DNA of 64,000 nt from Eledone cirrhosa (Eukaryota), in assembly GCA_964016885.1 (NCBI GenBank), contig OZ024740.1:308388001-308452000 (forward strand). Reading direction: 5' to 3'. The notes beneath the pieces were generated by a model. The model searched no databases and was not told the DNA's origin. It saw nothing but the letters and a program-made list of their open reading frames with translations. How positions within the stretch are numbered: the stretch's first letter is position 1; each line of letters opens with the position of its first letter. The translations under genes were made by a program, and so were the position numbers. This document shows, piece after piece, positions 1-21,856 of the stretch.

Positions 1-387
1 CCTTCTCTACGCGGTCAGCTAACCAAAAGACACTCCACCAGACATGACAACTGCTGCAGACTAGCCAACTGCCCCATCAACGACACAGACCTATGCCACC
101 AGGCTTACGTCGTATACAGACTAGAGTGTGACAAATGCAACAACTTCTACGTAGGTAGCACCACCAGACCACTCCACATAAGAATAAAAGAACACCTCAA
201 TACTAACTCTTCCTCATTTAAGAAACACCTAGTTAAATGCAAAACCACCGACAGAACTATAACAGTTAGGATAGAAACTAAGGAAAGAAACCTCGGCAAT
301 CTTAGAATTAAGGAAGCACTAATTATAGACAAAACACAACCACCAATCAATAATAGACTAGAACTCAACACCCAATTTATAACTTGA
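1..387 (+). mobile_element. 3' end of a Penelope-like retroelement ORF (GIY-YIG endonuclease), 5'-truncated by the window edge
   Basis: Frame 1 reads ...CHQAYVVYRLECDKCNNFYVGSTTRPLHIRIKEH...LRIKEALIIDKTQPPINN...* (TGA 385-387): VVY/YVG, R..EH, E and N motifs of PLE GIY-YIG; hammerhead motif downstream. Confidence 0.88.
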
Positions 388-753
388 TAGAGCTTCTAGC
401 CCCATATTTACACACACCCCACACACACACACGCACACACGCACGCACACACACACACGCTTACACCTCCACTTATTCTCTCTCACACATACACACACAA
501 AACCAGTTCTAACACGAGATAACATCTATCCCCCACACTCACATACTTACACCTTCATGCATTCTCCCACACACTTAAACAGGCATGTATAAAAAAAAAC
601 AAAAAACAAAAAAAAACCCTCTTAAAGGGAGACTACTCTTTATCCACCTAATCTTAACTCTTTGACATTAGAGATAGAACAGATACTCTATACCATTTCC
701 TGTCAGCATGACTTGGCAAGCTATTTAGAACACTGGTTTGACAGCTTTACTTC

Positions 754-808
754 CCTCTGAAGAAGAGATATTATCTTGAAAATTTAGGACATTTAAATAA
801 ATCTAAGG
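754..808 (+). ncRNA. Degenerate type I hammerhead ribozyme in the Penelope 3' region
   Basis: cct-CTGAAGA-agagatattatctt-GAAA-attta...taaat-CTA-agg; 3-bp stem I, imperfect stems II and III. Confidence 0.5.
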
Positions 809-1080
809 TAAAAGACTAATTGTCAACAATATCTTTTGCATTTGCATTCTTTATTCTATGTCCATACCTGCATTGTTTTGGCTTTATTATACATATACAA
901 ACGTTTATACCTCATTACACAATGCTTCAAGTGAACTATAACCTCCTCCATATATATATATGTATATTTATATATGTGTGTGTGTATATATATATATATG
1001 TATGTTTGTATATATGTATGTTTGTATATATGTATGTTTACATGGCCATCCAAAATCACCGGGAGAGATGACACCTTAGC

Positions 1081-1471
1081 CTTTGTCAAGGCAGAATTCT
1101 AGGAGAAGGAAAACTCTGATATAACACCTGCAACCCTGATGGTATCCAATGATGTTGACTTGTTCTTCTTTTTGGTAAATATCATCTTGGTTAAGGGAGT
1201 GGGACTGGCTTTGTGCAGTGCCTTTGCTCACTATAAAAGCTTCACGGCAGAAGCATTGCTTTATATCTGGAGATCTCTCTGCACTTGTCCTCACATGGTA
1301 CCATGGGCCCAGCCCTATGTGTCAATAATTGTCACAGGTGTAGTGTTTGTACCAGAGTTTTCAAGTCGCTGGCTGGATTAAAAAGTCACACTCGTTCAGC
1401 GCATCGGTAGGGGTTCTCCTACATGTATATAAAGTAGTGTCCGTACTCGAAAACGAGTTGGCAGCCACCAT
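1081..1471. repeat. ~390-bp interspersed repeat, copy 1 (direct duplicate of 2350-2739)
   Basis: Near-identical sequence from ttgtcaaggcag to gcagccaccatg in both places. Confidence 0.85.
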
Positions 1472-1499
1472 GTTTGCATGAATGAATACACTAAGCTTT

Positions 1500-1880
1500 A
1501 GATTTAGTAGAATGTACAACCACTGATTCCAGCTATTTGCACTATCATATATATTGGTTTGATAGCCAGAGGAGCATTCTTCTTCAGTTTGGTAGATAAG
1601 TGCAGCTATAACTATACAGAAAAGAAGTGCTGATAGAACATCCCTTAACCCCCTTCAAGATGTCTATACAGCGTGTAGTTCCCAAGCCTGTTTCGATATA
1701 CGCTGTTGAGTTGGTGTAAGTTTCTTTCAATAGGTTGATGTATTTTTTGTTAATTGAGGTCTTGTTTAAGAGTTGCCACAAGCTGGGTAGTTTCACGTTG
1801 TCAAAAGCTTTTGCGAAATCAATGAAGGTGATGTGCACAGGGTTGTTGAATTCTATTGATTTCTCAATGACACCATATCT
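1500..1880 (-). mobile_element. Non-LTR retrotransposon (RTE-like) reverse transcriptase fragment
   Basis: IEKSIEFNNPVHITFIDFAKAFDNV...KYINLLKETY...ILKGVK, then a frameshift. Confidence 0.8.
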
Positions 1881-2284
1881 TTTTAACTTTGATTTTGAAA
1901 GTTGGCTTATAATTATTAATTTACTTTTGTAGCTATCTCGGCGGCCTAGTTGGAGGAATCATAGCCGGTGGTGATCCTGGTCTGAAGTTCGATCCTTGTT
2001 CCCGGTAAACCTTTTCAGTTTTTTTCTATGCGATGTAAAATAAAAACTGAAAATGACTATATGTACCTCTGACCTCTCGACCAGGATTGAACCCAATACA
2101 AGGATCTCCACCGTCTCCAGTATCTATCGCTAGTCCGCTGAGACAACTACGAAAATGTTCATACTTATAAACCTACTTTCAAAATATACAATACAAAATG
2201 ATATGATGTCGTTCATGTCTTTCTTAATGTTATTGCTCCTACTTAAGGTCAACGTCTAGATCATTTGAGTGTTCCATATAAACT

Positions 2285-2336
<52 letters not shown>

Positions 2337-2349
2337 GTGTATGTATGTA

Positions 2350-2739
2350 TTGTCAAGGCAGTATTCTAGGAGAAGGAAAACTCTGATATGACACCTGCAA
2401 CTCTGATGGTATCCAATGATGTTGACTTGTTCTTCTTTTTGGTAAATATTATCTTGGTTAAGAGAGTGGGACTGGCTTTGTGCAGTGCCTTTGCTCACTA
2501 TAAAAGCTTCACGGCACAGGCATTGCTTTATATCTGGAGATCTCTCTGCACTTGTCGTCACATGGTACCAAGGGCCCAGCACTATGTGTCAATAATTGTC
2601 AAGAGTGTAGTGTTTGTACCAGAGTTTTCAAGTCGCTGGCTGGACTAAAAAGTCACACTCGTTCAGCGCATCGGTAGGGGTTCTCCTACATGGATATAAA
2701 GTAGTGGCCGCACTCGAAAACGAGTTGGCAGCCACCATG
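2350..2739. repeat. ~390-bp interspersed repeat, copy 2
   Basis: Duplicate of 1081-1471, flanked by (TATG)n. Confidence 0.85.
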
Positions 2740-2815
2740 TATGTATGTATGTATGTATGTATGTATATGTATGTATATAGTATAAATAGTTTCGTGCACT
2801 TAACATTTGTCTGCA

Positions 2816-2897
2816 TGCTCGATGAGGAGCCAGGCTGGAAGAGCCTCCTCCACTATACAGTGGTGGCCATAACTGGATCCCGAAACCAATGGTAGCA
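2816..2897 (+). ncRNA. Degenerate hammerhead-like motif inside a ~155-bp inverted repeat (2778-2933)
   Basis: tgc-TCGATGA-ggagccag...ctggatccc-GAAA-ccaatgg-TA-gca; C3/U4 of the core altered. Confidence 0.45.
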
Positions 2898-3062
2898 CAT
2901 ACATGTTAAGTGTATGAAACTTTATTTATACTAAATAAGCTCTCTTGCAATAGATGGAGTATTGTTTTCCTTGACCTTTTATCTACGGATACTCTACAGA
3001 GACACACACACATACACACACACTTACACACAAACACGCACACGCACACACACACACACACA

Positions 3063-3095
<33 letters not shown>

Positions 3096-3168
3096 ACATA
3101 CATATATTTATATAAGAAAATAAGAAAATGCGAAGTAGTTTCAGATGTTAAAGTCGTTTATTGATAAG

Positions 3169-3243
3169 GCTGTGATACATATTTCAATGACGACAGTGGT
3201 CACGGGATTTCGCGCAACCAGTGCCATGATCTCATCAGACAGC
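3169..3243 (-). ncRNA. Type I hammerhead ribozyme
   Basis: Minus strand: gctgt-CTGATGA-[gat.atggca.tggttgcg / cgtgacca.tgtcgt.att]-GAAA-tatgta-TC-acagc; 5-bp stem I, long stem II, minimal stem III, AATAAA downstream. Confidence 0.82.
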
Positions 3244-3399
3244 TTCATTACATAATAAGGTTACGTTCTAGAGGCAATCGAAAATAAAACGACAAGGGAA
3301 CGGACAAAGATTATGTTTTTGAAGCCTTTGCCTGTTCCCTTGTAAATATGACATATATATATATATAATTATTTAATACAATAACAGAGATAGCTTCAA

Positions 3400-3690
3400 G
3401 CTAAACTCCGACTGGTAACGATCTCGCTCAACAAACATTAGGTTATATGTTAGTATAAACCCAATTTAAGTGTTTGGGGTGCTAACTATATGTATTTTGT
3501 GGAAACCCAGTTGTATTATTTTATGAGATATAATTAAAGTTAAAATATATCTCTCTTTCCAAACAATTGTTTCATTATAAGTTTTCTACAAATTGGGAGA
3601 ATGTTTCCAGTTTATGTAGAAGCCTAACATATATTCATGTGAGAATATATTTAGGTGGGCACTTATAAATCTTCAGTGGAAGCCCATTAA
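3400..3690. repeat. Diverged interspersed repeat; inverted copy at ~12425-12725
   Basis: ggtgggcacttataaatc and tcattataagttttctacaa match the reverse complement of the 12.4-12.7 kb region. Confidence 0.7.
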
Positions 3691-4199
3691 ACTTTGATAT
3701 AAGAAAAAATTCTTACCGCAGTTAAAAATCGTGTCTGCTAAGCTGCTCCTTCACGCATCGAATGACCGCCGAATTTGAAATTCCAGCAGTCTTTTGACTG
3801 AGGAAGTTTCATAGCGTCACGAAGCAGGAAAGGGAGACAACCACGATTCACGAGAAAAGAAAATAATAAACACGTGGGTTAATTAGTTTTTTCAAAAACA
3901 TTATCAATCCAACGTGTTAAGAACTCAATTGAAATTTAAAAAATAAATGTATGCGTGTATTAATTACACACTCATATAGATATTTTTTTAGGCTAAAAAC
4001 AGAAGTGATACCAAAATAACAAACCGCATCTCATAACCGCAGTAATTACGGAAAGTTACGCTTTAAAAGGCGATTGGGAATGTAAATCTCTGGCCAAATT
4101 AAGAGTAAAATATTTAATACACGCGGGTTAATTAGTTATTTCAAAACTATTATCAATTCTACGTGTTAAGAACTCAATTAATTTAAAAAAATAAATGTA

Positions 4200-4202
<3 letters not shown>

Positions 4203-4269
<67 letters not shown>

Positions 4270-4362
4270 TATATATATTATATATATATTATATATATAT
4301 AATATATATTATATAAATATTATATAAATATTATATATATTATATATATATTATATATATAT

Positions 4363-4395
<33 letters not shown>

Positions 4396-4527
4396 ATATA
4401 TATATTATATATATTATATATATATTATATATATATTATATATATTATATATATATTATATATATATATATATTATATATATATATTATATATATATTAT
4501 ATATATATATTATATATATATTATATA

Positions 4528-4589
<62 letters not shown>
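4203..4589. repeat. (TA)n microsatellite, degenerate
   Basis: Seen directly; similar tracts at 20110-20638, 20795-21065 and 21503-21815. Confidence 0.95.
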
Positions 4590-4593
<4 letters not shown>

Positions 4594-4846
4594 ATATTTG
4601 GGAATGGTATTGTTGTCAATATTGACAATAAAAACAAACACACGCACCATATAATTTCCACTTTATCTCTATCTTTATTGCTCATTATTCATTCGTTTAT
4701 CAAAGTTCTTTTGTCACACATTCTGTGCCTCCTCTTATTTCTGGTCTCAATCCTCTATTCCCTCTCGTCTTTGTTTTGTTGTGCCTTTTTCGTGATTTGT
4801 ATCTGCGCCAGTGTGTGTGTGTATGTGTTTTTGTGTTTGCCATGTC

Positions 4847-4944
<98 letters not shown>

Positions 4945-5009
4945 GCTGTTTGTGTATTTCTTTTTTTTTCTTATTCTGTCCTCAGTCGTTAAGTTGCGGA
5001 CTGTTACTA

Positions 5010-5315
5010 TTCTACTCGTGTTTTTTGTTCAGGCTAGGTCTACTGTTATGTGAGTGGCCTCCGTAATATGTCTGGGTGTTGCGTCAGTTCTGTGTTGACA
5101 GGATCTTTATTTCTATGTTATCTATTGAAGCACCGTGTTCCAGTTTGGCATGTTGGTGTCGTACTAATGAGCTTTTCTCCTCTTGAAGTTCTCGCCAATG
5201 TACCTTTAGTCTTTCTCCTATACTATAGGCTGTCTCTCCTATATATGTCGTTCTCTTGTTTCTGGATCGATCCTGTGTACATCTTATCCTAGAGACTATA
5301 CTTCTAGTTTTGCAG
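5010..5315 (-). mobile_element. Degenerate Penelope-like GIY-YIG fragment
   Basis: Minus strand: CKTRSIVSRIRCTQ...TYIGETAYSIGERLKVHW...HAKLEH...IEIKILS*. Confidence 0.7.
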
Positions 5316-5379
5316 TTTATCTACGGGCTTACCCTACAGACTATTCACACCAAGAATCTGGCAGGACAAATACATAAAC

Positions 5380-5439
<60 letters not shown>

Positions 5440-5889
5440 CTTGTTACACAACAGTCCTAACAAAGTGACATTTCTCAGCAGTTATATGTCATAATATTTG
5501 TCAGGGAAAGCTATCCCCCCCCCCCACACACACACACACACATACCATGCACCAACCCCTACCCACATCTCCATTTGTCAAAGAAGGGTCTGCTTTCCTG
5601 CCAAAGTTAACAAGAAAACAACTGGTAATAAACGAGTTCCCCGTGCAAAAAATGTAAAAAAAAAAGAAGAAAAAATCCCGAAAATGTTAGTCACCCTTAA
5701 AACAAGTTTGTTTAACAGGTTACAACACAGGCAATTATAAGATGTGGGTGGGAGCTGTCCCCTCCCCCGTTTTACCAGTAGGGTTTTCTGTATTATACGG
5801 TTGTCTTTCTCATTTATTGTCAGCTGAACTATTGTCACCATATCAGCAATCTGTAGCTGCCACAACATTCACAACCCTACATAACCAAG

Positions 5890-7440
5890 ACCGATACCAC
5901 CACGATCACCAACACCACCACCAACATGATCACCAGCATAACTCTAACCTCCAACACCACCACTATCACCTGCACCACCACCACCACCACCACTCTAACC
6001 TCCAACACCACCACGATCACCAGCACCACCACCACCACCACCACTCTAACCTCCAACACCACCACCATCACCAGCACCACCACCACCACCACTCTAACCT
6101 CCAACACCACCACGATCACCAGCACCACCACCACCACCACCACTCTAACCTCCAACACCACCACCATCACCAGCACCACCACCATCACCAGCACCACCAC
6201 CACGATCATCTGCACCACCACCACCACCACCACTCTAACCTCCAACACCACCACGATCACCAGCACCACCACCACCACCACCACTCTAACCTCCAACACC
6301 AGCACCATCACCAGTACCACCACCACGATCACCTGCACCACCACCACCACCACCACGCTAACCTCCAACACCACCACGATCACCTGCACCACCACCACGA
6401 TCACCACGCTAACCTCCAACACCACCACCATCACCAGCACCACCACCACGATCATCTGCACCACCACCACCACCACCACTCTAACCTCCAACACCACCAC
6501 CACGCTAACCTCCAACACCACCACCATCACCAGCACCACCACCACGATCACCTGCACCACCACCACCACCACCCCTCTAACCTCCAACACCACCACGATC
6601 ACCTGCACCACCACCACGATCACCACCACCACCACGCTAACCTCCAACACCACCACGATCACCTGCATCACCACCACCACCACCACTCTAATCTCCAACA
6701 CCACCACGATCACCTCCAACACCACCACGATCATCTGCACCACCACCAGCACAACTCTAACCTCCAACACTACAACTGTAACCTCCAGCACCAACACCGC
6801 CACTACCAACACCAACACCGTAAATACAATCACCAACACCGCCACTACAATCACCAAAGCCGCCACTACAATCACCAACACCGCCACTACAAACACCAAC
6901 ACCGCCACTACAATCACCAACGCCGCCACTACAATCACCAACACCGCCACTACAATCACCAACACCGCCACTACAATCACCAACACCGCCACTACAATCA
7001 CCAACACCGCCACTACAATCACCAACACCGCCACTACAATCACCAACACCGCCACTACCAACACCGTAAATACAATCACCAACACCGCCACTACAATCAC
7101 CAACACCGCCACTACAATCACCAACACCGCCACTACAATCACCAACACCGCCACTACAAACACCAACGCCGCCACTACAATCACCAACACCGCCACTACA
7201 ATCACCAACGCCGCCACTACAATCACCAACACCGCCACTACAATCACCAACGCCGCCACTACAATCACCAAAGCCGCCACTACAATCACCAACACCGCCA
7301 CTACAAACACCAACACCGCCACTACAATCACCAACACCGCCACTACAATCACCAACACCGCCACTACAATCACCAACACCGCCACTATAAACACCAACCC
7401 CGCCACTACAATCACCAACACCGCCACTACAATCACCAAT
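5890..7440. repeat. Cryptic (CAC)n-based low-complexity array followed by a 21-bp minisatellite (caccaacaccgccactacaat)
   Basis: Seen directly; yields His-rich and Thr-rich ORFs (+) and a Val-rich ORF (-). Confidence 0.92.
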
Positions 7441-7605
7441 AATTCCAACACAAATAATTTCAGACACCACCTTTCCACAAACACGTCCTCTAATTTTTAG
7501 ATGGCCGTGTACACAAACATTTTACGTTATGCAATTGTGTGTTTGTGTGTGTGTGTGTGTAACAAAAATATATATCCACTGAATATTTATGTAAACTTGA
7601 AATAA

Positions 7606-8250
7606 TCTCGGGTCCTAAATATTACGGGATGTTGGAATAAGTGGAGGAGAGGTGTTGGAAAATCGGTAATTTTTCTAGGTTGTCTCCGTTGGGTTTTATT
7701 TTTAAAACCAGAATTAGACGTTTAGTTTACATATTGAGACTCCAACCAATCCTATTTATTTTATAACGTATGAGACTTCTTGCAATATTCTTCTTTTTTT
7801 TTTGTCATGTATAATGTTTTTTTTTAATGTATAAAGAAAATTATTGTCGCAGGAATGCTACAACTTAAAATAGTGCTTCGCCGGAAATAGATTATTGTCC
7901 CCCTCCCTCCACCCCACGTAATTATTAATCTTTCAGATCCCCCTCCCCGCTCTTATTCCACCCCCGCTTATTAAATTTTTCTAATCTATCTCCAGCTAAA
8001 TTTTATTTTAACTGGTAGCATTCCTGTGATAATTAATTTTCTTTAGACATTAAAAAACATTATACATGACAAAGAACATTAGTAGAAATCCCATACGTTA
8101 TAAAATAAATTGGATGGGTTGGGGTCTCAATATGTAAACTAAACGACTAATTCTGGGTTTTTTTAAATCAACGGAGACAACCTAGAGAAATTACCGATTT
8201 TCGCCCACCACCATCAACACTTACTTCCACTCCCCAACTTATTCAAAATC
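7606..8250. mobile_element. MITE-like family with CTCTCGGGTCCCAAATAA-type termini; two inverted partial copies here, others at ~27541, 28706-29010, 44751-45830, 54986-55356, 58900-59061
   Basis: Shared body (tttctaggttgtctc...acatattgagaccccaacccatcc...); termini tactctcgggtcccaaataa (~28706) and ttatttgggacccgagagta (~8455) flanked by TA. Confidence 0.7.
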
Positions 8251-8267
8251 CATTGCTTATTCTACTG

Positions 8268-8455
8268 TATTGGCAGTATCAGTAGAGGGTCGGAAGCCAT
8301 GCTTTGTAGCAAAAGAGTTAAGGCCCTTTATGGTCTGAGTTCAAATCCCGCCGAGGTTAACTTTGCCTTTCATCCTTACGGGGTCGATAAAATAAAGTAC
8401 CAGTAATACACTAGGATAATTGCTGGCCTTGTGCCAAAAGTATAAACAATTATTA
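8268..8455 (+). mobile_element. tRNA-derived SINE
   Basis: A-box-like tggcagtatcagtag, B-box gagttcaaatc, core gcctttcatccttacggggtcgataaaataaagtaccag, (att)n tail; many copies in the window. Confidence 0.8.
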
Positions 8456-8649
8456 TTTGGGACCCGAGAGTATAAACATATAAGCCCAGTACTCGGAGCA
8501 AATAAACGTGCTACTTCCCAACCGACCAATCGCAAGAGAGCCTAGGACTAACCAACATTATATCACTATTATCATCACTAGTTGCAGCAATACCACTGAA
8601 CGTTCCAGTACTACAACTACCACCACCAGCAAGAACATTCAAGTGGCCA

Positions 8650-8738
<89 letters not shown>

Positions 8739-9099
8739 ACAACGCGTGGCAGCTTTCACCCAGGTAAGGTTGACCTGTCTCCATCGAAGGAATTCGCGGT
8801 GTAAGTTCATTTCATTGGAGTTTCTTCAGGTGATTGGTTTCACAAACGGGACAAGCCAAATATTGCATCAGTTATAGCGCCGAGCTCTCGCTTTCATACC
8901 CAACCGAGTTTGGTGGACCAAGTGCCGCGACGGGGACGCATGGGTGGAAGTTTGGCCTACAGATGTGATAAATACAACTTATTTGAGCCATTTTGTAGAC
9001 CAGCAGGAGCTTACCCCCATTACCCAGCTCAGGCGTACTGACCCTCGTCACCACGCATGGGAGAGAGTTTGGCCGGCAGAGGTGATAGACTCAACCTAT

Positions 9100-9352
9100 T
9101 TGTTGTTGATAATGATTGGTGCTGTTGTTTTTGTTGTTGTTGATGATGATGATGATGATGGTAATGGTGATGACGATGATGACGATGATGATGATGATGA
9201 TGGTGGTGACGACGACGACGATGATGATGGTGGTGGTGGTGGTAATGGTGATGATGATGATGATGATTATTATTATTATTATGATGGTGTTGGTGGGCGG
9301 GTGTTTGTCTTGCTGTTGCTGATAATACTGAAGAAGACGATGGTGGTGATGG

Positions 9353-9410
<58 letters not shown>

Positions 9411-9530
9411 AAGGAGGAGGAGGACGACGACGACGATGAGGAAGAGAGAGAGAATGAAGAGGAGCAGGAGGAGCTGAGGAAGGAGGGACATCAGGATGAT
9501 GATAAGGAGGAGGTTGTTGTTATTATTTAA
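9100..9530. repeat. (GAT)n/(GGT)n/(GAG)n compound trinucleotide microsatellite
   Basis: Seen directly. Confidence 0.9.
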
Positions 9531-9614
9531 TGATGTCTCGTTTCCGCCCGCCTATTCCCCTGTCTACTGTCACCTGTGATTTTCACCGTCGTTATAATGT
9601 TTTATTCACTTCAG

Positions 9615-18734
<9,120 letters not shown>

Positions 18735-18939
18735 ACCGCATACAACAAACAAGCACGCACACACACAGTGGGCAAGAAGAAAAAAATATGAATTACCGAA
18801 AAACTTTCATCATGAATAACGGTGATGTTTGTTTTTTGATGAGAGAACCAACAGAACGTTTGTGGTGATGATGTAAATGTATGCTAAAACACAAGCTGTT
18901 TTCAGTTCCATACATATACATACGCACAACTGTGTATTA

Positions 18940-18999
<60 letters not shown>

Positions 19000-19056
19000 T
19001 GTATGTATATATATATGTGTATATATATAATATTTATGTTCATACACTGAACAAAA

Positions 19057-19139
19057 GCGCTATCCAAGGTTTCAAGGCCCAATATTGACCATACCTCAGC
19101 ATACAAGGGGCATCAAATTTGTGATTTTTCTTCAGGCGC
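19057..19139 (-). ncRNA. Hammerhead ribozyme motif (degenerate stems) with an inverted partial copy at ~19140-19220
   Basis: Minus strand: gcgc-CTGAAGA-aa...gcctt-GAAA-ccttgga-TA-gcgc; the plus-strand partial copy has GAAA-ccctcgg-TA-gcgc then AATAAA. Confidence 0.6.
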
Positions 19140-19303
19140 TTATACGAGTTTATGGTCAATATTGGAGCCTTGAAACCCTCGGTAGCGCCTTTGTTCCGTG
19201 TATGAACATAAATAAATAATATAATATTTCTGCTCTCTTCCCGATTGAGCAATGTTTTCGTTTTTCCTTTTCACACCTACAGATATTTCTACACACACAC
19301 ACA

Positions 19304-19431
<128 letters not shown>

Positions 19432-20089
19432 CAGAACTAAGCCACCAGTATTTCAAATACTGGTGGCTTAGTTCGGATCCAGCTGTCGAAACGGCTGGAG
19501 CTCAGCCGTCGGGGCCCTGACTCTTTTCCTATTACCCACTCTACTACCCCAAGTATTGAGTACTCTGGTGCGGTATGGACCACCTGGTATCTTACCACAC
19601 CCTCTTGGTTATATATATATATATATATATATTTATAAAATTATTTTTATTAGAAGAAAACACTACTGGAGTTGATCAGGGACCTAAAGTTACGTTCAAA
19701 ATTACTTTTCAAAGTTTGGAATGTGATTTGACATATAACTTTCAGCAACTCCTATAATATCTTCGCAACTCCTATAATATCTTCGGCTAATAAATATTAT
19801 GTGTGGTCTGTTTTACATATTTAGTTCCTTTTCTCCTGTATCAGATAAAAAAAAAGAAACACGTTTATACGAGATACCTATGTTTATACAAACATGTGCA
19901 ACTGCACAGAGATTCATAGACATACAGTCAAACAGTCAGATAGACAGACAGACAGACAGACAGAGGGAAAGAGTAAGAAACAGAGACAGACAGACAGACA
20001 GATAGAGGGAGCGAGTAAGAAACAGAGATAGATAGATAGAAATTAGCGAGAATCGCATTTCGGGGAGTGGAAGTTAGCGAAAAACAACT

Positions 20090-20166
<77 letters not shown>

Positions 20167-20362
20167 TTATATATATATTATATATATTATATATATATAT
20201 TTATATTATATATATATATTTATATTATATATATATATATATAATATATATATATATTTATATTATATATATATATATTTATATTATATATATATATATA
20301 ATATATATATATATTTATATTATATATATATATATATAATATATATATATATATATTTATAT

Positions 20363-20394
<32 letters not shown>

Positions 20395-20911
20395 ATTTAT
20401 ATTATATATATATATATATAATATATATATATATATTTATATTATATATATATATATATATTATATATATATATTATATATATATATATATTATATATAT
20501 ATATTATATATAATATATATATATTATATATATATATTATATATATATATATATTATATATATATATTATATATAATATATATATATTATATATATATAT
20601 TATATATATATTATATATATATATTATATATATATATATGGATGAATTTATATCCTGATTCTCTTTTGAGATGAGTTTGAATTATTTTTCCTAAATCTTA
20701 CGTTAACTACTTTTCCCATCTTGACGTTATAGTCGCATATATGTTATAGAATACTATTAGCTTCTCGCTAAAACAATCTCTATACCTCTCATTTATATAT
20801 AATATATATATATATATTTATATATTTATATTATATATATATATTATATATATATATATTATATATATATATATATAATATATATATATATATAATATAT
20901 ATATATATATT

Positions 20912-20967
<56 letters not shown>

Positions 20968-21320
20968 TATATATATATATATTATATATATATATATTAT
21001 ATATATATATATTATATATATATATTATATATATATATATATTATATATATATATATATTATATATAAATGAGAGGTATAGAGATTGTTTTAGCGAGAAG
21101 CTAATAGCATTCTATAACATATATGCGACTATAACGTCAAGATGGGAAAAGTAGTTAACGTAAGATTTAGGAAAAATAATTCAAACTCATCTCAAAAGAG
21201 AATCAGGATATAAATTCATCCACAGAATTTAGTGATATCCAGGGAAAAATCAATAGACCTTTAACTCATGATAAAATAAAGTTTAAAACACTTATCCTTC
21301 AATTTGGAATAACATCAAAT

Positions 21321-21401
21321 GCTCTGTATAGTCTTAAAAGACTATTTCATGAAAACTTTCAGTGGAGATGGTCACGGTTGGATTTCAATCGTCAGCAGAG
21401 C
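21321..21401 (-). ncRNA. Type I hammerhead ribozyme
   Basis: Minus strand: gctctg-CTGACGA-ttgaaa...tttcat-GAAA-tagtct(ttta)agacta-TA-cagagc; 6-bp stem I and full stem III. Confidence 0.8.
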
Positions 21402-21504
21402 TCAACAGAAACCAGGGCTCTCACAGTATTATAATCCGAAAAAGGGCATTCTAAAACTGGCTAGTTCGCCATCATGTGTAATTATGAAAAAGCACATGAG
21501 GATA

Positions 21505-21574
<70 letters not shown>

Positions 21575-21723
21575 ATATATATTATATATATATATATATA
21601 TAATATATATATATATATAATATATATATATATATATTTATATATTTATATTATATATATATTATATATATATATATAATATATATATTTATATTAATAT
21701 TATATATATATATATATTTATAT

Positions 21724-21793
<70 letters not shown>

Positions 21794-21856
21794 TATATAT
21801 ATATTTATATATATAGTGACGAAACAAATCAATTGCATGAACTCATAATCCTTTAG

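Noticed and set aside
1929-2010. Functional tRNA gene
   Set aside because: A/B-box-like motifs are present, but there is no complete cloverleaf or acceptor stem; treated as SINE-like
5877-7484. 535-aa Val-rich and 237-aa GGVGDCS ORFs on the minus strand
   Set aside because: Antisense read-outs of the CAC and 21-bp repeats, with no non-repetitive coding context
9039-9041. In-frame TGA as selenocysteine or readthrough
   Set aside because: The reading frame is not established and no SECIS was identified
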